A stretch of 64,000 bases of DNA from Candidatus Parcubacteria bacterium (GTDB lineage Bacteria > Patescibacteriota > Patescibacteriia > CAIXNZ01): assembly GCA_026395685.1 (NCBI GenBank), contig JAPLYG010000006.1, forward strand, positions 4,943 to 68,942, in the 5' to 3' direction. Position 1 is the stretch's first letter. Each line of letters starts with the position of its first letter. A program made the position numbers and the translations under genes. Of this stretch, positions 46,840-56,677 are shown piece after piece. The notes under the pieces are model-generated. The model saw only the letters and a list, made by a program, of their open reading frames with translations. It had not been told where the DNA came from and did not search any database.

Positions 46840-48228
46840 TTACCGGGTCTGAATAGGTTTAGGTGCCGGGGGAACAAATCCAGCAGGCACACAGGTATAA
46901 AGCCACATACTTTTAGAAATGCATTCATCACTGCTACCTGCGCCTTCGCCGATTTTGCCCTGTCCGCACATATTTAAATTATTAGTCAGGCACTTTAGTC
47001 CGCCTTGGCAGTCGTCATTATTATTACATTTTGTGGCAATTGTTCCTGGCTGGCAGCGATTAGCTATAGGGGAAAAATCATCAAAAGCGCATTTCGGCGC
47101 TGAAACTCCTGCATAGCTGACTCCTACGCAATCGGCATCACTGTCACAATCACACCAACCACCCACCTTCATTTGCTCAAAATTTTCCGGTACGCAAGTT
47201 TTTGATGTTCCAGAGGAAAGGTTAACAGAACCAGTTGCGTGTGTGCAATGATTTGTTGCCCAGCATGCATCTTCATTATTCTCGCAGTAACGTTGCTGAT
47301 ACTCTCCTAAGCATTTATAGCCTGTAGGGCATTCTGCATCATCATTGCATGGAGAAAAAGGCTTGCCATCAGGCACGCAGTTATTGCCCCAATCAGTCTG
47401 GCAATGGAAGCCCACGGCGCAATCAGTGTCATCCCCTCCGCAGGGTGTGCCTAAATAGCCATAAGAACAGTGATTAAGCCAATTTCTTTGGCAGAATAAG
47501 GGGGATTGGCAGTCTGTATTGTTATCACAAGGGGCGCCTAACCCGCCTTTAAGTTGTAGATTTTTTATACATTTTCCTCCGGAGCATAAGCCATCACAGC
47601 ATTCTCTGTGATCCGTACAAACAGCATTTTCCGGCTTACAGCTGCCACAGTCCCAGAGCGAAGTAAGGGCATCATAAGTGCAGACTGTTCCGGTTACGGT
47701 ACATAACTTGCCGATACATTGATTACCGTCACCATCAGTATAAGGATCTCCGCAGTTTTTTGTTTGATCTTCCAAGCATTTATTTTGATTTTCCTGCCTT
47801 GCCGAATCATCTTCTGCTATTACCAATTCCGGTAAGCCGGGCATGGGCGCGCATTTTAGAGTAATGTTCCAGTCAAAACGATCTTTTTCAGTCAGGCTAT
47901 TAACCACAAAAGCGACAATGATATAGGCTAAAAAGGTGATCAGCAGTCCGATTATAGAATTAATCAGAATTTTTTTGCCCGTGTCTATTTTTCCGCTTTC
48001 ACCACCGGAAGTCAGCAAAATAAAACCGCCATAAACAAACATCAGCATAACTAAACTGCCGACAATGCCCATGAGGATGGTGCCGATCTTTAAAAAAGTA
48101 TTGACTATATCGCACAGGCTGCAGATGCCGGAAGAAGCGCAGGCCGGCAGAATAGATTCAACTGCGCTGGCCGGTAGAGCAACTGCAAGGGCGCATAAAA
48201 TAATCAAGCCCAATAAGATTTTTTTCAT
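46840..48228 (-). CDS. Pilin-domain protein fused to a ~330-aa Cys-rich extracellular domain (putative pilus-associated adhesin)
   Basis: An N-terminal 110 aa of pilin type (FVYGGFILLTSGGESGKIDTGKKILINSIIGLLITFLAYI). Then more than 50 Cys in repeated C..D.DC and G..C motifs. Confidence 0.6.
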   Translation of the reverse strand: MKKILLGLIILCALAVALPASAVESILPACASSGICSLCDIVNTFLKIGTILMGIVGSLVMLMFVYGGFILLTSGGESGKIDTGKKILINSIIGLLITFLAYIIVAFVVNSLTEKDRFDWNITLKCAPMPGLPELVIAEDDSARQENQNKCLEDQTKNCGDPYTDGDGNQCIGKLCTVTGTVCTYDALTSLWDCGSCKPENAVCTDHRECCDGLCSGGKCIKNLQLKGGLGAPCDNNTDCQSPLFCQRNWLNHCSYGYLGTPCGGDDTDCAVGFHCQTDWGNNCVPDGKPFSPCNDDAECPTGYKCLGEYQQRYCENNEDACWATNHCTHATGSVNLSSGTSKTCVPENFEQMKVGGWCDCDSDADCVGVSYAGVSAPKCAFDDFSPIANRCQPGTIATKCNNNDDCQGGLKCLTNNLNMCGQGKIGEGAGSSDECISKSMWLYTCVPAGFVPPAPKPIQTR

Positions 48229-48288
48229 ATAGTATATGGCTAAGTATTTTCCGCTTATGCGGATTTTTATTTTTAGGTAAGTAATTTG

Positions 48289-49677
48289 TTATTCAGCCAA
48301 AGAACCGTTGATCTGGCTGGTTGCATCAGCCAGCAGCTCTTTTGTTTCTTTAGTGCCGGCCAGATTATTTTTTATCAGATTTTTCAGGGCTTGTTCCGCT
48401 ATTTCAGGATGAGCTCCCTTATACCAGCTTTTGGCAGTTAAAGTTTGCTTGCCAAACGCGGAGAAGTATAAGTCATCTTCAAAAACATTTAACAGCGATC
48501 TTAAAGCTGCCGGCTTTTTGGCGTCAGCTGTTGTCAGATATTTTTTATTGGCTTCTTCATTGGTAGCCATGAATAATATAATATCCCAGGCAACATCTTT
48601 GTATTTTGATTTTTTAGATACCCCCTCAGCCCAATAATTAGCAAAATTTACCGGCCGGTCTGTCAGCTGAGGCACCGGCGCAATGTCAAATTTTAAACCC
48701 TGATATTGGGTTTTTATTAAATTAAATTCATAGGCATAGCCCAGATAAAAGGCGATGGTACCATTGCCAAAGGCTTCGAGCGCATTGGGCATATCCGCAT
48801 CCCAGATAAAGTTTTCATTGCTGGGCGAGGCAAAACTATTATAAAAATTAAGGGCATTGGCCGCAATCAGTTCTTTGCCGGTTACAGTCGAGGGATTAGC
48901 ATTCAGATATGTGCGGCCGTTAGTATAAGCGATGGGATGGCCGGACTGGTAAAAAAGTAAAGATAAAATGTCAGTTGCTCGGCTGATATTATTGCTTGTT
49001 CCCAGGGCTCCGCCGGATTGGACAATTTCTCCCTTGTCATTTTGCTTGGTCATGCTGATAGCGTCTTGCTTAAAAGTCTCCCAGTCTGCAGGCGGTGTCT
49101 GTATGCCGGCATTATTCAGTAAATCACGGTTATAATATAAAACCAGGGTGTCGATGCTCAAAGGCAAACCGTAAATTTTATTATTTATTACCTGATTATC
49201 AGTGACAACATCGGGGAAAAGAGTTTTTAAATCATTGAGCGAAAGTGTATTCTTGATATTTGCTTTAGTATAGATTTGTTTTTTAAAAGTGCCTGACTCG
49301 AAGGCAGATTGCGTGGTAATTTGTTCCGGCAACGGAGAAAGGTAATCAATAAATTGTTTCATGGCTGTGGTATGGACTGAAAAAATATCAGGGCCGTTGT
49401 CTTTGGCAAAACTGGTGATCAGCGCCTGATTGTATTGCGCTGCGGTTTCCTGGCGATATTTTATCTGCACATGGGGATTTTTTTTGCTGTATTCTTGCAG
49501 CAGAACTTTGGTGGCAGAATTATCATTCCAGGATACAGACCAGTAATTAATAGTAATCGGATCCGGTGATCCTTCCTTAATTGCTCCATTGGGCAAGCCT
49601 CCGCACTTGGCGCCGCTGGTAATTAAAAAAGCAAAGAGTAAGAGAACGATAGTAATTTTTTTGTTTGGGTTTTTCAT
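48289..49677 (-). CDS. ABC transporter substrate-binding lipoprotein (family 1, sugar or oligosaccharide type)
   Basis: Lipobox ITSGAKC. SBP_bac_1-like N-lobe (ITINYWSVSW...QETAAQYNQALITSFA). Confidence 0.7.
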   Translation of the reverse strand: MKNPNKKITIVLLLFAFLITSGAKCGGLPNGAIKEGSPDPITINYWSVSWNDNSATKVLLQEYSKKNPHVQIKYRQETAAQYNQALITSFAKDNGPDIFSVHTTAMKQFIDYLSPLPEQITTQSAFESGTFKKQIYTKANIKNTLSLNDLKTLFPDVVTDNQVINNKIYGLPLSIDTLVLYYNRDLLNNAGIQTPPADWETFKQDAISMTKQNDKGEIVQSGGALGTSNNISRATDILSLLFYQSGHPIAYTNGRTYLNANPSTVTGKELIAANALNFYNSFASPSNENFIWDADMPNALEAFGNGTIAFYLGYAYEFNLIKTQYQGLKFDIAPVPQLTDRPVNFANYWAEGVSKKSKYKDVAWDIILFMATNEEANKKYLTTADAKKPAALRSLLNVFEDDLYFSAFGKQTLTAKSWYKGAHPEIAEQALKNLIKNNLAGTKETKELLADATSQINGSLAE

Positions 49678-49687
49678 AGTTTTACAA

Positions 49688-50185
49688 TAAGTCTAAAGTT
49701 TAAAGTCTAAAGACTAAATCAAGTCTAAAGTATTAAGTCTAAAATTTTTATTATTTAGACTTTTCTTTGTTCTCGATTGTTAATATAGATTTAGAAAATA
49801 TTAAAGTTAATTCGTGAGCTTCTTGCCGGAGCTTTTGGCAATCCTCTTTGATCTCCGGATTTGCTTTTGAAATCAAGTCTAACCAATATTTTGATTCTTT
49901 CGCCTCCTTTTTGCAAATATAAAGTTTATTTTTAAAATCTCGCCGTGAACAAGCTCCATTTGCCTCGCAATAATTGGCACCTATACTCGTAACAGCCCTA
50001 ATTAGCTGGCTTATTAGAGGTAAATTTATTATCGTTTTAGGAATTTTTTTAGCGAATACTATTATATCATCACTGAATTTTTTAGTTCTTTCTTCTAGGT
50101 TGTTAGTTGCCATTTATTTAAATTAATCTTCCAAAATTTAGCCTTTAGCTCTTAGCCTTTAGACTTTAGGATTTAGCTCTAAATT
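49688..50185. mobile_element. MITE-like element carrying a four-helix-bundle gene (GTCTAAAG family), second copy
   Basis: Left side agtctaaagtttaaagtctaaagactaaatcaagtctaaagtattaagtctaaa. Right side tagcctttagctcttagcctttagactttaggatttagctctaaa. Confidence 0.55.
49751..50113 (-). CDS. Four-helix-bundle protein (23S rRNA IVS protein family), paralog of 34583
   Basis: YCEANGACSRRDFKNKLYICKKEAKESKYWLDL. Confidence 0.7.
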   Translation of the reverse strand: MATNNLEERTKKFSDDIIVFAKKIPKTIINLPLISQLIRAVTSIGANYCEANGACSRRDFKNKLYICKKEAKESKYWLDLISKANPEIKEDCQKLRQEAHELTLIFSKSILTIENKEKSK

Positions 50186-51045
50186 TTTGTATTAAGGTAG
50201 GCCTTGAAGTCTTTACCTAAATCCGCACGTTCTAAGGCGAAGTCAACATTGGCCTTGAGCCAGCCAAGTTTAGAGCCTGTATCATAGTATTTGCCTTCAA
50301 CTAAGCAGGCGTAGATCGGACGTTTTTTTGACAGATTAAAAATGGCATCCACCAGCCAGAGTTCATTGCCTTGGCCGATTTTTGTTTTTTCCAGGATTTC
50401 AAAAATATCAGGAGTCAGCACATAAGCGCCGATTGTGCCGATCAGGCTGGGCGCTTTTTCCGGGCCGGGCTTTTCCATTATTTTTTTTATTTGGTAAACT
50501 TTGGGATCAACCTTAATGCCGTCAATTACCCCGTATTTTTTAGTGCCTTCTTTATCAATGCTAATTGCCGATAAAATAGGATCCTGATATTTATTATAAA
50601 TATCAATCAGTTGCTTTAGGCGCGGTTTGCCCTTATTAACAAAAAGATCATCGCCCCAGATAACGGCAAATGGTTCGTCCCCGATTATTTTTTTGGCATT
50701 TAAAACAGGAGTGCCGTTGCCATAAGGTCCTTTTTGGCGGATATAAATAAAGTTCGCCATATCCGCAATATTTTTTATTTCTTCTCTGAGCTCATCTTTG
50801 CCCTGTTTTTTTAGCCAGGTCTGCAGTTCGTAATTATAATCAAAGTGATCTTCAATCGCTCTCTTGGATGCGCCGGTAACTAAAATAATATCTTCAATGC
50901 CTGAGGCGACTGCTTCTTCCACAATATATTGAATCACTGGTTTATCAATAATCGGCAGCATTTCTTTGGGCATGGCTTTGGTAGCGGGTAAGAAACGCGT
51001 GCCAAAACCGGCAACAGGAATAATGCATTTTTTGATGGTGGACAT
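50179..51045 (-). CDS. galU: UTP--glucose-1-phosphate uridylyltransferase
   Basis: KCIIPVAGFGTRFLPATKAMPKEMLPIIDKPVIQYIVEE is the GalU N-terminal signature. The start is at the ATG at 51043-51045. Confidence 0.85.
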   Translation of the reverse strand: MSTIKKCIIPVAGFGTRFLPATKAMPKEMLPIIDKPVIQYIVEEAVASGIEDIILVTGASKRAIEDHFDYNYELQTWLKKQGKDELREEIKNIADMANFIYIRQKGPYGNGTPVLNAKKIIGDEPFAVIWGDDLFVNKGKPRLKQLIDIYNKYQDPILSAISIDKEGTKKYGVIDGIKVDPKVYQIKKIMEKPGPEKAPSLIGTIGAYVLTPDIFEILEKTKIGQGNELWLVDAIFNLSKKRPIYACLVEGKYYDTGSKLGWLKANVDFALERADLGKDFKAYLNTKI

Positions 51046-51301
51046 AGGTAGCACGAATTAACACGAATTTTTACTAATTCATGTCTAAAATTACATTTAA
51101 ATTATACCACAGAACTGCTTTAAATTGAACAAAATGAGAGGGGGATAAAAATGTTCTTTTGTCTGTTCATTGTCATCCCGGGGGTTTAAGGATCTGTAAG
51201 GTTCTTTTCTCAAGATACAGCTATGACGATAAAAATAGTTATTCTCTTAATTTCAAATAAAAAAATGCCCGCTCAGTGTTGAACGGGCAAGGATCGCGGG
51301 A

Positions 51302-52072
51302 TCAGTCGGCTTTAACCGGGATTTTTTTCAGGTCAGCCGAGAGCATCCTGGCCAAAAGCTGCATGTCAGCCAGGGAAAGCTCATTATTGTGGATTCTCCG
51401 AAAAATGAAGGCGTCCAGTTTTCGGTAGTGATGGTAAGTGCCGTCGGGCTTGTAGTCGATGAATTTCCATGTCTCAGTGCAGCGACCTTCGCTATCCCGA
51501 TCGGGGATCAGGCCGCAAGAATCAGAGGGCGTGGCCTTGAGTCGCTGGTAATAGGCCAGTTCTTTTTTGTAGTCATAATGCCGGAGCAGATCAACTGCAT
51601 AGTCAACGATTTCCCTCCAGACCAGCTGCTCTTCTTTAGGCAAGGCCAGGAAAGCCTTATTGAAATAGGCACTTGCCCAGGGATAGGCGATCTGGCGGTA
51701 TTTTGCCGTATGAATTGTCTCGAAAACGGCTTTTTTCAGCTTGGGATTCGGGCAGTTTTCGAGGCTGGTCCGCGGAGAACAACATAAGTCTTCGGGCACA
51801 CCCTCCCAGAGATTGCCGGAATAGAGTAGTCCCATAACCAGGACTGCCTTTTTCCTATCGTTCACTTGGGAATAGAAATGGTAGCCCTCCTTGGACTTCG
51901 AGTAGAAAGAGTCCAGCGCCAGTTTGAGGACCTTTTCCCAGTTGCCGTCTCCAATGGACGGAATTCCTTTGGGCACCGGGGAAATGTTCCAGTCGGGCGC
52001 TGCTTGCGTCAGGCCCATCAGCAGGATGAAGCAGGCGAAGGCGAACACGGCAGTCAGGACTTTCTTTCTCAT
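51302..52072 (-). CDS. GC-rich secreted protein. Hypothetical.
   Basis: Start at MRKKVL, which follows AGGAGAAAGCTG. A signal peptide. GC is roughly 55%. Terminator tgcccgttcaacactgagcgggca followed by T7. Confidence 0.5.
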   Translation of the reverse strand: MRKKVLTAVFAFACFILLMGLTQAAPDWNISPVPKGIPSIGDGNWEKVLKLALDSFYSKSKEGYHFYSQVNDRKKAVLVMGLLYSGNLWEGVPEDLCCSPRTSLENCPNPKLKKAVFETIHTAKYRQIAYPWASAYFNKAFLALPKEEQLVWREIVDYAVDLLRHYDYKKELAYYQRLKATPSDSCGLIPDRDSEGRCTETWKFIDYKPDGTYHHYRKLDAFIFRRIHNNELSLADMQLLARMLSADLKKIPVKAD

Positions 52073-52234
52073 CAGCTTTCTCCTCTTGGTTGAAGGTGGT
52101 GTTGTTAGCCTAAATTTTCGCGATTTGTAATACGCCAATACACTTACCTACTAATATATTAAGTTAGTATAAAAATTTAAATTTGTCAAGTAATAAAAAA
52201 GCCCCGTGGTGCGGGGCGTGGCAGGATCCTATTT

Positions 52235-52420
52235 TTAGGTAATTGTGTAACCAATCTTCCTCAGATTGTTAATAATTACTTCTTCATCATGGAGCACGAA
52301 GGTTAACTTGCCCCCAATTTTTATCCAGCTGCCGAAAGGTGAATTTCGGGCATTTTGGCGATTTTTACCTGTTTGCCTTTTTTTTAGAGCACCAGGCCCA
52401 TTAGCAGGTTTTTTGGCCAT
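52235..52420 (-). CDS. Small basic protein. Hypothetical.
   Basis: AAGGAG Shine-Dalgarno sequence 7 nt upstream of the ATG at 52418-52420. 61 aa. Confidence 0.4.
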   Translation of the reverse strand: MAKKPANGPGALKKRQTGKNRQNARNSPFGSWIKIGGKLTFVLHDEEVIINNLRKIGYTIT

Positions 52421-52451
52421 GTTTTTCTCCTTGGTTTAACCCTAGGTTTGG

Positions 52452-53882
52452 TTACTCGGATTTACCTCTTAACCTCAAAATTTCAACTATGAGCATCTTA
52501 TCAATTCCCTTGAAAAAGTAAAGGGCAATCAAGTAAACGGCTGAAGCCAGAATTAATTGGAGAATCACATTTTGTCCTGATAATAAATAGAGCAAACCGG
52601 ACATAACCAAACAGGCGCCAAGTATTTTGAGAGTAATTTTAAAAGACGGCACGAATTTTATTACTTTGGTTGAGATGACAAAATTAGAGATCAAAATAAT
52701 AAATTCGGAAATAACAGTAAAGATAGCGGCGCCAAAAAAGCCGTAAGCAGGGATGGTGAGCAAATAGCCGATAACAGCAAAAATTGCCACAAAAAGATAA
52801 ACCGGGATCATTTTCTTTTGCTTATCAATAAAGATGATAGTATAGCCGTAGATTGTATTTATAAAAATAATGGCTGTGGCGACAATTAAAATCTGCAAAA
52901 TAATGCCGGAAGCGCTAAAATCAGCGCCGGCAATTAAAATCATCAGGGGTTTAGCTATAAACATAGTGCCCACAACCATGGGAATGGTAATAATTAGGAG
53001 CACGTCAAAGATTTTTTGGAATATTTCCTGAAACTTGGCGTAATTTTTTTGCACCCAGTATAAAGTCAGAATCGGATTAACAATGCCCAGGAAGACAAAA
53101 ATAAAATTAACAAGAATTTCCAAGATGCGGTAAGGTGCGCTGTATAATCCGACTTCAGCCTGGGAGCGGGTTAAAGAAAGTATCAAAGTATCAGCTTTGA
53201 AATAGACGAGATTAAAAGCAATGGATAAAGCAATGGGCCAGGTGATGCCGATAATTTTTTTCCAAATCGGCCAATCAAAAGCCGGGGAAATTTTAATATA
53301 TTTGAAAGCCGAGAAATAGCAGATGAGAAAGTTTATCAGGCTGCCGATAACAACTGCGACGACAATTGCCAGCAAGCCGTAATTTAAATAGGCAAATAAA
53401 GCAACTAAGCAAAAAAGCACCATACGGCCGGCGATTTCGCCGATAGTGACAGTCAGCATATTAAGTTCTTTTTGGTAGAGTCCGATTAAAACTTGAGTTA
53501 AGGCGGAAAAGAAAAATGACAGGGTGGCGACAGCAATACCGATTTTGACCAGATTGTCATAGGGAAAGAAAATAACAATTAGAGGAGCCAGGCCTAAAAA
53601 GATCAGGGAAGTGACAATCCTTAAAGTAAACAGATTATTAAAAACAGTTGGCTGGTCATTGCCAGGATCAGCAATTAGCCTAACCACTGTGATGGATAAG
53701 CCCAGATCAACCAGAATGGCAAAAAGTTGTAAATAAGCGGTAATGGTGGAGTATTGACCAAAGCCGACTTGTCCCAAATAGCGAGTCATAATCGCCACAG
53801 TCAGCACGCCAAACAAGGTCCCCAGGACTTTGCCTACGAATTGGATCATGGTGTTATGGGCGATTTTACGGGTAAGGGACAT
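52452..53882 (-). CDS. Polysaccharide/oligosaccharide flippase (Wzx-like, MOP superfamily)
   Basis: About 14 TM helices. N-terminal RKIAHNTMIQFVGKVLG pattern. Start taken at MSLTRK. Confidence 0.65.
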   Translation of the reverse strand: MSLTRKIAHNTMIQFVGKVLGTLFGVLTVAIMTRYLGQVGFGQYSTITAYLQLFAILVDLGLSITVVRLIADPGNDQPTVFNNLFTLRIVTSLIFLGLAPLIVIFFPYDNLVKIGIAVATLSFFFSALTQVLIGLYQKELNMLTVTIGEIAGRMVLFCLVALFAYLNYGLLAIVVAVVIGSLINFLICYFSAFKYIKISPAFDWPIWKKIIGITWPIALSIAFNLVYFKADTLILSLTRSQAEVGLYSAPYRILEILVNFIFVFLGIVNPILTLYWVQKNYAKFQEIFQKIFDVLLIITIPMVVGTMFIAKPLMILIAGADFSASGIILQILIVATAIIFINTIYGYTIIFIDKQKKMIPVYLFVAIFAVIGYLLTIPAYGFFGAAIFTVISEFIILISNFVISTKVIKFVPSFKITLKILGACLVMSGLLYLLSGQNVILQLILASAVYLIALYFFKGIDKMLIVEILRLRGKSE

Positions 53883-54134
53883 AGAATAGATAAACCACGA
53901 AATAATTTCACGAAAGTTCACGAAAAATATAGCCGGCATTTCGTGTTTTTTAGTGGTTATGTTTTCGTAGTTTAGATTACCAATTTATTATACCAAGGTT
54001 TATCTATTTTTAACATTTTTAGTCCCATTTAGTCCCATAGATAAATTATCTTAGTTTTAGCATGAATTATTCAAAACACCTTAAAATACGTCATTTTTGT
54101 TGAGTACAAAATTTGAACAAAACCCCCAAAATCA

Positions 54135-54163
54135 TTGACGAAAAGCAAAAAAAGTGATATAAT
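54135..54163 (+). promoter_or_regulatory. Sigma70-like promoter for the SpoIID-domain gene
   Basis: TTGACG, a 17-nt spacer, TATAAT. Confidence 0.5.
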
Positions 54164-54216
54164 GGTATATAGCAAGATCAAAAAGGTTTTGGCAAAAAAT
54201 AAAAACAAAAACAAAT

Positions 54217-56058
54217 ATGAACTATTCACAAAATCTTTCCTTAGGCTGGAAAGACGGACATATTAAGAATCAGGCTATGATTAAAAGGCGGTCCTTTGGG
54301 GATTTATGCTTGAGTATTATCATAGCTTTTTTTGTTATCTTTATAGTGGGCCAGCTTTTATGCCAGATTGATTATTTAGTCCGCCTGCCATTAATTAAGA
54401 ACAAAGTATCTGTCATTAATCCTTTTCATATAAATAGTGCTTCGGCTGCTTCAAATGAAGCCCAGAAAATGATTCAGTCTCAGGCAAATATAGAAGTGGT
54501 AAAAAACTCAAAAAATGTTATTACCATCGGCTTTAAAAATTTAGGTTCCAAGACTTGGAATAAAACCGGCAGGGATAAGGTTGAAATCAAATTATTGCGC
54601 GGTTCATCTTTTATACAGCGCGGTATTTTAACAGCAAATAAAAATGCTAAAGGCCAAATCGGTTATTTTGACCTGTCAATTAATGCGGCGGATACTAAAG
54701 GAACATATACATATAATTATGCGCTGGTGCGCAATGATAAAGAAATTATCAGCGGCGGCAAATTTCAACTGAAAGTAAAGGTGGTTGATCAAACAGCTAT
54801 CGTTAAAAAAGCGCCTGCGACTAATAATACGGTTGTGCCTGCAAAGGTGGTAGCTGCAGAAGTTTCAAGTGCTCCCAAGGTTGAGACAGCCGATCAAAAT
54901 ATTAAAGTTACAGACCAGATGGCGATTGGGCGCCAGTGTCTTGATTATTCAGTTAAGCGATTTTTGTTAGATGCACAAACCCAAAAAATAATTGATCAGT
55001 GCAAGAAGATTGGGGTTGATCTGACTTCCAATATTTGGGTTGAACCAAATACAGTAGTTGTCCCTTCTACTCCGGCGCCAACACCGGAAACAATAATCCA
55101 GCCAAGTTCTACTCCGGCGCCTATACCTACCCCAACCTCTCCGCCAAGCCCGGTAGCTCAAACCAGCACAGCTTTTGACAGCACTTATGGTCCGCAAATC
55201 AGGGTAGGTTTATTTTCAACCGCAGACCCGGTATTAATAACTGCCAATGGGAATTATAAAATAATTGACCAGAATAAAAATGTTTTAGCTGCTGTTACCA
55301 GCGGCATAACGACAACTGTGACCTTTAATTTTTCCACTCGTACCTATACTTTTAGCGCCAATGGTCAGAATTTGGCCACCAGTTCTTATTTACGCCTGGA
55401 ACCGGAAACATTGGGAACCGTATTTGAGATTGCTTCTTTAAGTCAGATTCCTGACTGGAACAAAACTTTGAATTTTAATAAGTTCTTAGGAATCCTGGAA
55501 GTTCGTTACAGTCCGGCCACCAACAAGTTGTGGGTAATCAATGAATTACAATTAGAATATTATTTGAAAGGCCTGGCTGAAACATCTAATGGTTCGCCTA
55601 TTGAATATCAGAAAACTATGGTTACTGCAGCCCGTACTTATGCCATGTATCATTACAATCGTGGAACCAAACATGCGGCTGAATATTATACTATTGATGC
55701 GACTTATGATCAGGTTTATCGCGGTTATGGCTCGCAATTGAAACAAACCCAGGTTGGCGAAGCAGTGGAAGCGACCAAAGGACAAGTTGTAACCTATAAT
55801 GGTGAAGTGGTTGTTACTCCCTATTTTTCATATTCAGACGGCCGCACCCGCACCTGGACAGAAGTCTGGGGCGGTCCTGCCAAACCCTGGTGCGTGTCTG
55901 TTAAAGAGCCTGATAATTACGATAAGACCACGATGTGGGGTCATGGCGTCGGCTTATCAGCTCATGGCGCGTTGCACCTGGCGTATTACTACAATTATAC
56001 TTTTGACCAAATTTTGAAATATTACTATACTGGGATTGAGGTGAAGAAGATTTACTAA
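54217..56058 (+). CDS. SpoIID/LytB-domain protein (peptidoglycan hydrolase / amidase-enhancer type) with an N-terminal TM helix and a Pro/Thr-rich linker
   Basis: C-terminal YLKGLAE...MVTAARTYAMY...TYNGEVVVTPYFSYSDGRTR...WGHGVGLSAHGA is the SpoIID signature. Confidence 0.75.
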   Translation: MNYSQNLSLGWKDGHIKNQAMIKRRSFGDLCLSIIIAFFVIFIVGQLLCQIDYLVRLPLIKNKVSVINPFHINSASAASNEAQKMIQSQANIEVVKNSKNVITIGFKNLGSKTWNKTGRDKVEIKLLRGSSFIQRGILTANKNAKGQIGYFDLSINAADTKGTYTYNYALVRNDKEIISGGKFQLKVKVVDQTAIVKKAPATNNTVVPAKVVAAEVSSAPKVETADQNIKVTDQMAIGRQCLDYSVKRFLLDAQTQKIIDQCKKIGVDLTSNIWVEPNTVVVPSTPAPTPETIIQPSSTPAPIPTPTSPPSPVAQTSTAFDSTYGPQIRVGLFSTADPVLITANGNYKIIDQNKNVLAAVTSGITTTVTFNFSTRTYTFSANGQNLATSSYLRLEPETLGTVFEIASLSQIPDWNKTLNFNKFLGILEVRYSPATNKLWVINELQLEYYLKGLAETSNGSPIEYQKTMVTAARTYAMYHYNRGTKHAAEYYTIDATYDQVYRGYGSQLKQTQVGEAVEATKGQVVTYNGEVVVTPYFSYSDGRTRTWTEVWGGPAKPWCVSVKEPDNYDKTTMWGHGVGLSAHGALHLAYYYNYTFDQILKYYYTGIEVKKIY

Positions 56059-56091
56059 TATATAAATAAATTAACAAATAAATTTAAATCT

Positions 56092-56493
56092 ATGGAACGA
56101 GGACCAAAAATGGGAGGAGAACTACCTGAAAATAGCTCCGAGTTAGAGACTCTCGAGATAAAAGAATTGCAAAAGAAAGCTGATTCTCTGATGGAGGAAT
56201 TGCCGAATCTCGACTTTACTGATTCAAAGGTAGTGTTGGATTGGCTTAATGAATTTCAAGCTCCAAGCAACAATCGCAGGATAAAAAAAGATATAAAAAC
56301 AGTGCTCAGTATTTTTAAGGAACATAATTATAAGCTAGGAACCTATACCAATCAGGTAGATAATCATGAAGATCGCGATAATGTCGCTAGGTTTCTCATT
56401 GGTCAGGCGCTTCTGATGTTAAAAGATGAAGGATATATACCATCTGTAATACATAGAGAAACAAAAAACTGGGAAAGAAAATTTAAGACTTAA
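56092..56493 (+). CDS. Hypothetical protein
   Basis: 133-aa ORF. Terminator agcctctaaattgcagaggct followed by T-rich sequence after it. Confidence 0.4.
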   Translation: MERGPKMGGELPENSSELETLEIKELQKKADSLMEELPNLDFTDSKVVLDWLNEFQAPSNNRRIKKDIKTVLSIFKEHNYKLGTYTNQVDNHEDRDNVARFLIGQALLMLKDEGYIPSVIHRETKNWERKFKT

Positions 56494-56677
56494 TTATCTA
56501 ATTTTTAATAATATAAAAAAATAGCCTCTAAATTGCAGAGGCTCTTTTTGTTTATTATAGGGATTATTTGGCTTTATATTATTTTTTATCCGTGTAATTC
56601 GTGACTAAGATCCGCCTGCCCGCCGAAGCCCCCTGAAGCTTTAGCGGAGGATGGGCGTAGGCGGGTAGTTCAGTTAC

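Noticed and set aside
45091-47116. Plus-strand ORFs 45091-45345, 46795-46977 and 46919-47116
   Set aside because: They are antisense to the pilin genes and have no ribosome-binding sites.
51170-51210. Possible extra copy of the GIY-YIG flank repeat (ttgtcatcccgggggtttaaggatctgtaagg)
   Set aside because: The similarity is limited to gtcatcc and aaggatct. That is too short to call.
51389-52130. Plus-strand ORFs inside the GC-rich secreted-protein gene
   Set aside because: This is a GC artefact. The minus-strand gene has a Shine-Dalgarno sequence, a signal peptide and a terminator.
56590-56660. GC-rich segment ccgcctgcccgccgaagccccctgaagctttagcggaggatgggcgtaggcggg, considered as a small ncRNA
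   Set aside because: It gives only a weak imperfect hairpin. There are no recurring copies and no promoter or terminator. It is more likely a spacer between two convergent genes.
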